Below are positions 15,001 to 24,786 of a stretch of 54,834 nt of DNA, in pieces. The notes under the pieces are model-generated. The model was not told where the DNA came from, did not search any database, and was given only the letters and a program-made list of their open reading frames with translations. The position numbers and the translations under genes are program-made. Source of the DNA: Callorhinchus milii. Lineage: Eukaryota. The stretch covers positions 1-54,834 of the forward strand of contig NW_024705314.1 in assembly GCF_018977255.1 (NCBI RefSeq). The letters run 5' to 3'. Every line of letters begins with the position of its first letter. Within the stretch, counting starts at the first letter, position 1.

Positions 15001-18000
15001 AGGCTCATGGACGGAACTAGTCGTGCAGGTACACTGTACGTGCTTCAGTCTTGTGCAAGCGTAACGTATAGAAATTTCTGGAACCAGAAACCGAGACAAA
15101 CCATACATGGTCCCGACCGAGACGCGTATATTCACACGTGCGAATGTAGCCACAAAGAGTATAGTCTCGCTACATTCATCAACAGAGGGGCACCTAGTGC
15201 ATCCTGGAGTGTTGTCGTTTACTATTAGTCCTCGGAATGGAACATTACCAATCTCTAAATTCGCCCAAGGAGTAATTTAAGTCACCTGGAGCACGTGAGG
15301 CTGGACGACCCCCTATGATTACTTGGACCGCATCCGGCGAGCAAATAGCCATGTAAAAAGGCAGTGCAAAGCCACGAATAATACGTGTGTCCCAAGTTAA
15401 GTTCTATGCCGAAGGGTACCATGAAAAATGCTTGCAACACTGGACTGGTTTACCGCCGTCTAAGTACCCCATATGTTTTCACCAGGACTAATTGAGCTGG
15501 TTACGGCTATTCAAGCGCCGATCAGTATGCACAGATCGCCTTAGGTACACGACATCCTAGCGAACACTCATAATACCAATTAGCGTTCCTTCTTGGGAGG
15601 GGAGACTGGGACATACGCAGAATGAGTGGGTACACACGGGAGATCTACTCCTTCCAAACGATATATCCGGTGGCATAGCTCTCAAATCCTTAAAAGCTCC
15701 TATCATGATCTTTTATGCTCTCAACCCACAAATGGGCGTAAATCCAACTTGTAACCGCCTACCAAAAGGCCCCGAATTAGCGCGAGGTATCAAACATGCA
15801 TCCAATCCATATAGTGGAGAATATGGAGTTTACGACATAGCGGATAGCGTGAGCGGTTAAGTAGGACCTTATGACCCTGAAGAACCAGAGACGAATATGA
15901 AAAACTGGAGCTGCTCCAAAGAATAGGGACGTCATCTCCATAGTCCTGCAAAAAAAAGAAGACAAAAGGGACATCTAGATGCGGCGCAGCTCAAGGGATG
16001 ACCTATTAGTGCGGTCTACAGTATGTTGTTCTCAAGGTGGACACTAACGATAGGTGTAACACACCGCTGTTTCCGGAAGACGGCCTACAGTGCCTGACCG
16101 CACGGACGCCAGCGTGTTCACTCTATTCCAGCAGACGTTACATGAAGGCTGACAATTAGCTATTAAATGGATACGGCGAATCTCTGAACATACTGGCATC
16201 CAATGTTACACGACTACTGCCCACGAGGGGGAAAAACGTCCATGCCTGGTTCTGCTGCAGCACCAACACCGTATTATGGGATGCAGGACCCGCTTCTGAA
16301 TATTCATTTCAGAAGGACAAAGGTACTGATGCGCTTCAGATTCGACAGTTAAGAGCTCCGCGCGGGTTCGCCTTTAGTTCGCAAGTAAATTTGGCAAGAG
16401 ATTCGCGAGGAGCTATGGAGCTACCACCATAAGAGTATCTTAATATGTAGGCGGCTCAGATAAAAAGCACCTCTGCTATTCGGTTTGTTATGTATCTCTT
16501 CCCTGGCGACACACACGTTGATAGCTTCCGCTCACTATGAGGAAACGTAGTCACGAGACTTAATACGACGTTTGTTGATTCACATGTGCCTAATTCTAGA
16601 CGCCTGAAATATTGATCGGCGTGCACGCTAAGATCCGGAGCCACTGAAACTTCCAACTTGCATTTGGCTACCTTCCCTAGCATTTTTCCAATCGATCTCG
16701 TAACATGGGTATCCTGACCTCGGTATCGCGGAGTAACGGGTCTTAGAGGTTCTGTGCGGTTATCTTGTTGTGTTTTCACGGCCTCCATACCAGCCATGAT
16801 CGAAGAGATTACCATGAAGGGATAACGGAGACAAAGCCTCCAGATATCTAGCGAGTCCTGAAAGAATAAGTCGGCTTAAGCCTGGCCTGTGGCTAATCGG
16901 TTTTCGTGCCTGACGATGAGGGTGGTCAGATATACTGTTCAGAAGAGTTTTGCTTACGCATATCCCTCTGACGTTTAAAATCCACGCCTAGGTACCAACT
17001 AACGGGGAAAGTCCATTGGTACTTCGGTATTCTCTTATGGCGTGGGGATACACGCCTGACTAGCGATTTCTGAACGGGCATACACGAAATCGTAGTGGGT
17101 AGGCTAGGGATACGGCACTGTAAAGCCTATACAGTCAACTCGTCATGCTGAGAATGCTCTGCTTAGGCAGGTTCCCTGAAGTACCTAGAAACTCTGGCTA
17201 GATTCTACTCTAGCCACTCTAAGAGTGACTAGGCGACGCCGTAGTAGGCATGAGGTGACTAACCATGTAAGCGGCGCTGGGCGTTAAGCTGATGGAATAA
17301 CAATTACCTGTGTCGCAGATATGACCGCGGAGGCCGATTAGAGAAGCTACTATGGGCCCATGGTACTGTCCATGTTTTCCGTCGATTACCTTTAGGATCC
17401 CTAAGTTGAGGCTCATCTACGGGTAGTTATGAGGCGCGTCCCTGTAAACTTAAACATTTTGTCATAACGAGATAGTATGGCGCTTAGTTGCGTTTTGTGG
17501 GTAATCTACAAAGTTACGACATACTGCGAGCTTGAGATCAGTAAGATGGAACGAGCTTCTTAATACTTATCTGCGCTGAAGCCATACCCGACTAAGGGCC
17601 AGGGCCGGCCATCCTATTGTACTGTTATTTGCGTCAGCTCTAATTGTACAATTAGTGAACGCAGTATGTGAGCCCCTGTGAAGCCAGTAAGCAATTCTCA
17701 GGCGTCACCTCAGAACTTCTAGGCAATAACATGGCGGTTCGGAGCGGGGGAATCGTGCGAGGGAATATATTACGTGTTTCCTGCATTTCCCCGATCGAAA
17801 TGTCGGACTACTCGCGATTCTTTACTTGTTGTATAAATTACTAGCAGTAGCCTCGTACCGGGCGACCCCCCTCACGCGCATCGTTGAAAGGTCTTAGAAA
17901 GGCATGTGGACATAACGCATAAGAGACCATGCTTCGTCGTATGGCACGGTTGAATCGGGAGCGAACAGTGGGCTCTTCTCTTCTATGAGGTACTTTTCGT

Positions 18001-18560
18001 GCTTTCATCTCGCGCATTAGGCAGTTTAACGGTTCGCTAGTCAAATTTCATGGTCCCAGGCGCGAGAATGCAATAGCTCCAGGACTTGATACTGATTAAG
18101 CCTCCCTTCGGCCGGGAACGTGCGGTATGGAGCAGAAGCTGGACGCCGACGTACAGTTTGTGCAGATCGTACGTGCTTAAGTACTCATTATTCTGGGCGT
18201 TCAATTGGTCAACGGTTCCTCAAAAGGTAACTGTCTACATAAAAGTGGTGGCCATCCTTCAGCTTGACCTCGCAGGAGTAGAATTTTTCCGGCGCGCCGC
18301 TTGTGCGCACGGGCATATTCGCTATGTCAGCCCACTTGACTGGGTCTATCAGGGCCAACCTTCTAGAGGTTTCAGATATGGGATCCCGTCGGCAAAGACC
18401 ATTAGAGGTTAGGCGCAGTGTGACTTCGCCCTGTAAATAGTAAATGCTGGTGAGCGCAAAATTTACTATCCAGGACTAGTTGGTGGTTGTGAAGGGACCG
18501 GAGGTGAATAGAGAGATGGTACGATGGCAAGCTGTACCCGGACTGACTTACCTGTTCTTG
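1..18560. other. Random-like sequence block, probably non-biological filler (e.g. an N-gap replaced by random bases)
   Basis: Roughly even A/C/G/T by eye, with abundant CG, TA and CTAG. Longest homopolymers are about 7-8 nt, as expected by chance. No tandem or interspersed repeats and no recognisable ORF. Abrupt switch to satellite at 18561. Confidence 0.85.
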
Positions 18561-19447
18561 CTACTACACTATACACTACACTACTAAACACTACTATACT
18601 ACACTATACACTACTATACACTACTACACTATACACTACACACTATACACTTCTACACTATACACGACGACACTATACACTACTATACATTACACTACTA
18701 TACACTGCCAAACTATACACTGATACACTATGCACTATTATACACAACTATACATTATACACTACTATACACTACTTAACTATACACTACTATACACTAC
18801 TACACAATACACTACACGACAATACACTACGACACTATACACTACTATACTACACTATACACTACACTACTATAATACTACACTATACACTACTACACTA
18901 CACTATACACTACTATACTATACTACACTATACACTACTATACTACTATACACTGCTACACTATACACCACTATACACTACTACACTATACACTACTATA
19001 CTACACTATACACTACGCGACTATACACTACACTACTATACACTGCTACACTATACACCACTATACACTACTACACTATATACTCACTATATACTACTAC
19101 ACTTTAAACTACTATACACTACACTACTTACACTACAACACTACACACTACTACACTATACACTACTATACACTACTTTTACACTACTATACTACACTAT
19201 ACACTACTATACACTACTATACACTACACTACTATACACTATACACTACTATACACTATACACTACTACACTACACTATAAACTACAATACTACACTATA
19301 TACTACACTACACACTACTACACTACACACTACTACACTACACTATACACTACTACACTTTAAACCACTATACACTACACTACTTTACACTACTACACTA
19401 CACACTACTACACACTACACTATACACTACTATTACTGCTATACACT
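18561..19447. repeat. (ACTAC/ACTAT/ACT)n low-complexity satellite, nearly G-free on the + strand
   Basis: Continuous irregular array of ctacac/ctatac/cta units. The 279-aa T/L/Y/H ORF is a read-through of this repeat. Confidence 0.95.
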
Positions 19448-19453
19448 GACCCT

Positions 19454-19549
19454 AGCTCTCCCTGGGGAATTCCCAGGCGTTTCCATGCCAGCCGAGCGAC
19501 AAAGTCCTGCCAGCAGCAGCAACAGCAGCAGCAGCAACAGCAGCAGCAA

Positions 19550-19595
<46 letters not shown>

Positions 19596-19713
19596 AGCAG
19601 CAGCAACAGCAGCAGCGTGTCCTGGGCCGACCCGGGGTCTTCGCCCAGTGGGACGTACCGCCCGGTAGCGTTCCAAGGGGAGTCTGCCGGGGGACATCCT
19701 TGCCAGGTGCCCG
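19454..19713 (-). mobile_element. RTE-clade LINE (Expander/Rex3-like) ORF C-terminal fragment interrupted by a CAG/CAA tract
   Basis: The minus strand translates, with one frameshift, to GHLARMSPGRLPLERYRAVRPTGRR / PGRPRTR-[repeat]-WQDFVARLAWKRLGIPQGEL. This matches the recalled fish RTE C-terminus GHLxRMPPGRLPxEVFRARPTGRRPRGRPRTRWRDYVSRLAWERLGIPPEEL. Confidence 0.85.
19511..19616. repeat. (CAG/CAA)n trinucleotide microsatellite
   Basis: About 35 CAG/CAA units seen directly. Confidence 0.97.
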
Positions 19714-19782
19714 TGTGATGACGAAATAAGCCACTTCGTTGAGCTATCATCTGTGGCCAGGTTGCCTCTAAACAATAGCTGT

Positions 19783-20062
19783 ATATTCTTGGTTCTTTCA
19801 AGTAAAGTCACGTAGAAGGGAAATAATAAAATAATAAAATATAAAACAAAAAAATGTATCACGACGTATCGACTGCAACACAAGCAATCATCATCACCTG
19901 ATGATCACCTGATGATCACCTGATGATGATTGCTTGTGTTGCAGTCGAAACGGCGTGATAATTGTTATTGTTTTATATTTTATTATTTTATTATTTCCCT
20001 TCTACGTGACTTTACCGAAAGAACAAGAATATGAATCCCTGCAGTCGCGAAAGCTTTACATC
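19783..20062 (+). mobile_element. Penelope-like element family 1: inverted pseudo-LTR plus direct pseudo-LTR with 3' tail
   Basis: 19783-20032 is an imperfect ~250-bp palindrome centred on (tcacctgatga)x3, followed by the tail gaatccctgcagtcgcgaaagctttacatc. Flanked by agctgtata at 19777-19785 and 20069-20077 (TSD). Confidence 0.8.
19916..19958 (+). ncRNA. Minimal type I hammerhead ribozyme motif, cleavage triplet mutated (GGC)
   Basis: tcac-CTGATGA-tgattgc-ttgtgtt-gcagtc-GAAA-CGGC-gtga. Other copies read CGTC at this position. Confidence 0.6.
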
Positions 20063-20339
20063 GAAAAGAGCTGTATAGCTTAGTGAGCATTTACTGTTAA
20101 ATACAATAGTTTAGTTTTTCCTGTAATTTCTGTCCATTGCCTCGTAAAATGATGATATGTCATGTAAATTAATTAACTATTTCGTCTTTCAGATACATTA
20201 GCAATTCCAGAATCCTGGGTTATGAAACCCGCATGTACGCCTAATCTTTGTGCCATTGCTGATGTTCGTATTATTATTATGCTGACTGTTTTATTTCTTT
20301 TTTGCACTGTGCTTGTTTTCAACTAACGATTTCCCGCTA

Positions 20340-20670
20340 ATGATACTCAGAAAAAGTTGGACTTCAGAGAAAACAAAACTCTATCCAAGCAGGAAGTTGG
20401 GAATTTGATGAATAACCCCGGATGATGGATGGGCAGCATCTAGAAACTTTCACAACGCTTCTGCTATTTGGGAGTTTTGCTGTCCAGAAACATGAGTTTG
20501 CAATGGAGAGACTTAAGCAAGGCTCGGAAAAAGCCAATGTATATTCTGTGGAAGGTTTGATACTCCGACTGATGCTCCTGCTGTTGTGGAGTGACTCATG
20601 CAGCCAGCTATGGCTACAGGTTTTGGTGGTACATGTTGTTTATGTCGTTTATTGTGAAAATTCGGTCACA
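20340..20670 (+). pseudogene. Highly degenerate Penelope-like ORF remnant (RT thumb/linker into GIY-YIG endonuclease)
   Basis: Translation with stops and frameshifts gives ILRK...YPSRKLG/NLMNNP, then SAIWEFCCPET*VCNGET*ARL...PAVVE...GYRF. This resembles the recalled PLE pattern RILRKxxIxTVFKPxxKLxxLLxxPKD...SxVVYxxxCxxCxxxYIGETxRxL...SAVAEH...GHxF. It lies among PLE pseudo-LTRs. Confidence 0.4.
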
Positions 20671-20959
20671 GTTACTATGATCACTGTTTCATTGCTTTTA
20701 TGGCTTTATTTTGGTGATTTCGAAAACACTTTTTTGTTTGGCCATGTTTGTTTGTTGTAGTACGGAGTTAGACTGATGGCCTTAATCTAAGTTGTCTTGT
20801 GGTTGTTGTTGTTTGACTTGCATCCCACTGGGATTTTTGCACACAGCGTTGGTGTACGGTGCTTTTTCTGCAATAGTTTGCTGTCTTTTCTTGGATTTTC
20901 TGTTTGCACTTAGTCACATAGTCACTTTAAGATGTTTTCTTGTTCATGTTCAAATTTTT

Positions 20960-21022
20960 TGTTTGTTGCGGTTGCACCCGATTCAAGAGCCGAATGGCTC
21001 ACAGGGCTATACCTAATAAATG
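20960..21022 (+). mobile_element. LINE 3'-terminal fragment (second copy at 42113-42176)
   Basis: tgtttgttgcggttgcacccgattcaagagccgaatggctcacagggctatacctaataaa is near-identical to 42113-42176 and ends in an A-rich tail. Confidence 0.6.
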
Positions 21023-21360
21023 AAACAAAAAAAACAAATGGGATTGAGTGCAAGCGAGCACGATTAGGTGACACGAAGCAACGGGGGCCACGGCTTTGCC
21101 GCACGCAGTGGAGACACGGCACGATGTCTAAACGCATCGCACCACTCGTTTATCCTCGCGTGCGATGGCAGAAATACGTTCAGGAGCGAGATGCCAACGC
21201 TGAGGTCTGCTACTTGTGACGGGAGGGCTTCAGGGGAGAGTTCGTGTGTTCCTCCTCCTCCGTTGAAAGAGGGCAGACTAGCGTGGTTTACTATATGGCC
21301 CATAGCTTTGGGTTTTTTTATACCAAAATCGCACTGTGGTTTGTCTTGAATATATCTGTA

Positions 21361-21644
21361 AATATGCTAAATTCCTCTTGATATGCACATTATTTTGTCT
21401 AGGCTCTCTCCTCCCTCCAACCCAGCTTAAATAGATGCTCCAAACCTGGGGTGTTTCATTCAGACTCTGTCTTCTCGATAGACCTGTTCTTCACCTGAGG
21501 ATGGCTGCTTGTGTTGTGGCCGAAACGTCGTGAGAATTATTTTATAATGTATTATTTTATTATTTTATTATTTCCATTCTACGTGACTTTACCGAAAGAA
21601 CAAGAAGATGAATCCCTGCAGTCACGAAAGCTTTAAATCGAAAA
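21361..21644 (+). mobile_element. Penelope-like family 1 pseudo-LTR fragment with hammerhead and tail
   Basis: Hammerhead, T-rich spacer, then acgtgactttaccgaaagaacaagaagatgaatccctgcagtcacgaaagctttaaatc. Flanked by atatctgta at 21352-21360 and 21645-21653. Confidence 0.8.
21491..21533 (+). ncRNA. Minimal type I hammerhead ribozyme
   Basis: tcac-CTGAGGA-tggctgc-ttgtgtt-gtggcc-GAAA-CGTC-gtga. It has the CUGANGA and GAAA cores, stem II, a palindromic ACGT stem III, a GUC cleavage triplet and stem I tcac/gtga. Confidence 0.8.
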
Positions 21645-21975
21645 ATATCTGTACGAGTTAGAACGCGTCTCTATGGGTTTACAGTTTGGCCTGTAGTTTT
21701 GGTTCAGTCGCCACGATCGCAATGCGACGGCTCGCGACTTTCATTTCCCGTTCAACGAAGGAGACGTGGTGAGGCATCGTCCCGCTGACGTTTCCGATGC
21801 GGTTGATGGCCACGCCACCCATCGTCGTCTTCGTGGAGAAATGTCCACGACTGTGAAGGTTGCTACGTTTGGGACTCGAACGAGGCTGTCGGATTCTGGA
21901 CGTCCGCGCGCTGTTCCACTCTGGGTGGGAGACACGGGTCACCCTTCTCGTGTCACCTCAAACACGACTCGTACC

Positions 21976-22203
21976 TTAACTTGTATTTAAGAACTTGCAT
22001 TTTGGAATCCCTGCCTCACTTGATACAGCAAATCTGGCTGTGACGGTCCCACCTGATGACGGAGACTTGTGTTGCCTCCGAAACGTCGTGATTTTTATTA
22101 TTTTATTTTTATTAATTTTTTATTTTATTTTTTTACCTACGTGACTTTACCGAAAAAACTAAGAGTATGAATCCTTGCAGTCACGAAAGCTTTCAAATCT
22201 AGA
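21976..22203 (+). mobile_element. Penelope-like family 1 pseudo-LTR fragment with 12-bp TSD
   Basis: Hammerhead plus tail, flanked by exact acgactcgtacc at 21964-21975 and 22204-22215. Confidence 0.85.
22050..22090 (+). ncRNA. Minimal type I hammerhead ribozyme
   Basis: cac-CTGATGA-cggagac-ttgtgtt-gcctcc-GAAA-CGTC-gtg. Confidence 0.8.
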
Positions 22204-22732
22204 ACGACTCGTACCGCCACCTCGGCTGAAATAAACTTCGTTCCATTCGAATGCACGTGTGATCCGTAGAGAAATAAATGGCGGGTTAATTAAGAAAAGA
22301 AAAATAATCACACCAATGATAGCCATGAATGATGAGCACGAGTTGGTTGCACACAGTGCTAAATAAGTTCAACATACATGTGGCTACGCGCATTCACCAC
22401 GAAGTGAAAACAGGACGAACCCGGAATTGATCCGTGACCCTGAACAGTGACATTTCATCTAAATGCCCGGGGGGTTGAATTGGAAAAGGGAAGCCGTATT
22501 CTCATAAGTTTTAAGGAACTGTTCATGCAGAAATGCCCCATGCAGACGGTGTTGTCATACATTAATTACAACGTTGGAAGTCGTTACCCGCAAATGGAAC
22601 GATGAAGGCTGCTGATACTGATGATGCTCATGATGATGGTGCTTCTATCCAGCAGTAGAGAGAGAATGGCTGCTGATGCTGATGATGCGTTTATCGAGCA
22701 GTGGATAAACAATAGCTGAGGGCAATGATGAT

Positions 22733-23044
22733 GAGCGCCACGGTGGCAAGATGTTAACTATCTCGCCTGGTATACAGGAGGTCGTGGGTTCGATCCCGAC
22801 CCTGACGCCTGCTGCTGCTGTATATTTGGAGTCTGCGTGTCTCTCCCCCCGTGGTCGCGATGAGATGTCTCCGGGTCCACCGGGTTTCCCTCCACATTTA
22901 GAATCAACGTGCGTTTCGAGTATTCGGCTGCTGTACATTTCCACATGATAAGCCACTCCAGTGAGCTATCATTTCTTATCGCCAGTTCGCTTCTGAAAAA
23001 AAGAGCTTTCTACAGCTCAGTGAGCCATACCTGGTAAAATGAAA
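22733..23044 (+). mobile_element. tRNA-derived V-SINE (lamprey Lam1-like)
   Basis: tRNA-like head with B box (ggttcgatccc), V-domain core ggagtYtgcgtgt...ctccggg...ccgggtttccctccaca, and a tail ending cctggtaaaat. Five near-full copies are in the window. Confidence 0.85.
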
Positions 23045-23055
23045 CAATCTTTTTG

Positions 23056-23238
23056 TATTCTCTTTGGTTCTTTCGGTAAAGTCACTACTTCAGCAGTTTT
23101 TTCTTGTTGTGGTTGGCCCACCAGATGACGATTGCTTGTGTTGCGATCGAAACGTCGTGATCTAGAATTTTTTTACCCACGTGACTTTACCGAAAGAAAC
23201 AAAGAGTATGGATTCCTGCAGTCACGAAAGTTTCAAAT
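23056..23238 (+). mobile_element. Penelope-like family 1 fragment: short inverted piece, variant hammerhead (CAGATGA, 23119-23159) and tail
   Basis: Begins with inverted tattctctttggttctttcggtaaagtcac and ends gtcacgaaagtttcaaat. Confidence 0.75.
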
Positions 23239-23681
23239 AAAATTAAAATTTAGTTTATGTTGATGACAAGCTTTTGGTAGGTGATGTTTTATTATTTTTA
23301 TTATTTATTTATGTGTAAAACAGAATGTTTGGTTCATGCTCCCCAGAAACACGTTGGCCTCAATCTGCCCTCTGACCTCGGCGGGCCTGGGGTGACCCAC
23401 AGGCAATACGTGTGCGTCTGTGTTCGCGTGCTTCACGCCTCTCTGTCTCTCTCAATAACAACAACAATGAATAATGCTCATTATAGTATCGCGTAGGTGA
23501 TGTATTCGTTGTTGGGCTCATGAAAATGTTGTTAACGATGTAAACATCACGAGAGAGAGAGAGAAACAGAGGGAGAGGTTTTGAGCATCGTGCAAATATT
23601 ATTGTCACCGTTGTGTTCGAGTCATTGGTGGAAATTCCATATTCTCATGCCAGGAATGAGCACATCCGTCGGATAACAGCT

Positions 23682-23909
23682 CAGGGTTGGAACGATTCGC
23701 CGATTAATCACGATTCGTAAATCCAAGAAATGCGGATTGAATCACGAGTGGAAGCATCCCTCTTTATGAATTCAAATATGTTGTATTTTTTAATGCTTTG
23801 CATCACAGTTGCAGCCACTGGAGTTGTAACTATTCACTGAATTGCGACAATTTTTTAAAATAATGTATTGGATCGCGACGATGATGAATCGTGGTGCACA
23901 GTTCCCCTG
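23682..23909. mobile_element. Possible hAT-type MITE
   Basis: CAGGG...CCCTG termini with subterminal acgatt(c)/(g)aatcgt motifs. No clear 8-bp TSD. Confidence 0.4.
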
Positions 23910-23944
23910 CTAAGGACAATGCATACACACATTTATAATTATCA

Positions 23945-24078
23945 AAGCATGTTTGTTTGCACGTTTTACCACAAGCGTGTGTGCTTAATGCAGAATTGAT
24001 GCCTTGTGATAGGTGTCTATTTGGTGTTTGAACATTTTTAACACCTCCTGTATATTCATGCCGGAAAGGTTAAAGCCT
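23945..24078 (-). repeat. Unclassified interspersed repeat (other copies at 51390-51520 + and 53698-53925 +)
   Basis: The reverse complement ggaggtgttaaaaatgttcaaacaccaaatagac...ctgcattaagcacacacgcttgtgg aligns with both other copies. Confidence 0.7.
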
Positions 24079-24314
24079 AATTCTTTTTTTATTTAAACAA
24101 CAACAAAAACAACAGCTCATTTTGAATCAACTTTAACCGACAGATGATGATGATGACGACGATGATCTGGTGTAAACTCATCAGTGAGGAGAGTGAGGGA
24201 GAGCCCTTGCCACTCACGCTGATCACAACTGCAGCCACGGCCGTCATACCACCGTGGTAATGGACAAACACAACGATTGTGCGTATGAAACGTACGTTCA
24301 GATCACTTTGCCGT

Positions 24315-24428
24315 TTATACATTTGCACGTGGCAAGCCACTTGGTTGAGCTTCCGTGTGTGGCCAGGTCGCTTCTGAAAAAAGAAGCCATAGGTCAGTGA
24401 GCCTTACCTGGTAAAATTTAAAATAAAA
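24315..24428 (+). mobile_element. V-SINE 3' fragment
   Basis: atacatttgcacgtggcaagccacttggttgagc...ccaggtcgcttctgaaaaaa...ccttacctggtaaaa matches the V-SINE tail. Confidence 0.75.
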
Positions 24429-24461
24429 GTTTAGTTTTTTTTGTAGATACATTTTTTTAGT

Positions 24462-24590
24462 TATTTGTTTACCTTTGCTACAATTGGCACTCCTATTGTG
24501 TTGCTTGTTGTTGTAACGTTCTGACCAGCCCCGACTGGAGATCTGTGAAAGAACGCTTTATAGCTCATCGGATTCCTTCAGTATAAAAAA
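24462..24590 (+). mobile_element. LINE 3' tail (L2/Crack-like); further copies at 47227-47362 and 51103-51246
   Basis: atttgtttaccttt...actgga...tagctcatcggattcc..cagt followed by an A-rich end, in three copies. The clade assignment is an inference from the terminal stem-loop style. Confidence 0.6.
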
Positions 24591-24607
24591 TATTTTGATT
24601 TGATGGT

Positions 24608-24786
24608 GAACTTCTTTCGCACCGTACGTATCCAGCCGTGCTCATCGGAGGTGCGGGGCAAGGATAACAAGTTAAACATAAAACGCAGTTTAACAGAATT
24701 TCGTTTTCAATATAGATTTAAAAGTGCACAGCACCAGCGGCTTCCGAATAATAAGCACGGTTGACTACGTACGGTGCGAAAGAAGG
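24608..24786. mobile_element. Two L2 LINE 3' ends in opposite orientation
   Basis: A minus copy (gaacttctttcgcaccgtacg..., 24608-24750) abuts a plus copy (agcacggttgactacgtacggtgcgaaagaag, 24754-24786). Confidence 0.75.

Larger units (their letters stand above)
19725..20100 (+). mobile_element. 3' part of a V-SINE split by a Penelope-like insertion
   Basis: ataagccacttcgttgagctatcat...ccagg...agctgtata (19725-19785) resumes as agctgtatagcttagtgagc after 20069. It matches the tail of the full V-SINE copies at 22733, 30636 and 53360. Confidence 0.7.

Noticed and set aside
688..18412. Dozens of 60-143 aa ORFs in the first 18.5 kb
   Set aside because: Lengths and overlap pattern are what chance gives in random sequence. 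There are no recognisable domains, operon layout or codon bias.
18524..19363. 279-aa T/L/Y/H-rich ORF
   Set aside because: Read-through of a G-poor satellite that rarely forms stop codons. Its start codon lies in the random-like block.
19439..19801. Poly-Leu 'signal peptide' exon with a GTCAGT donor
   Set aside because: The flanks are explained by an RTE ORF in other frames, and the upstream Met comes from SINE/PLE sequence.
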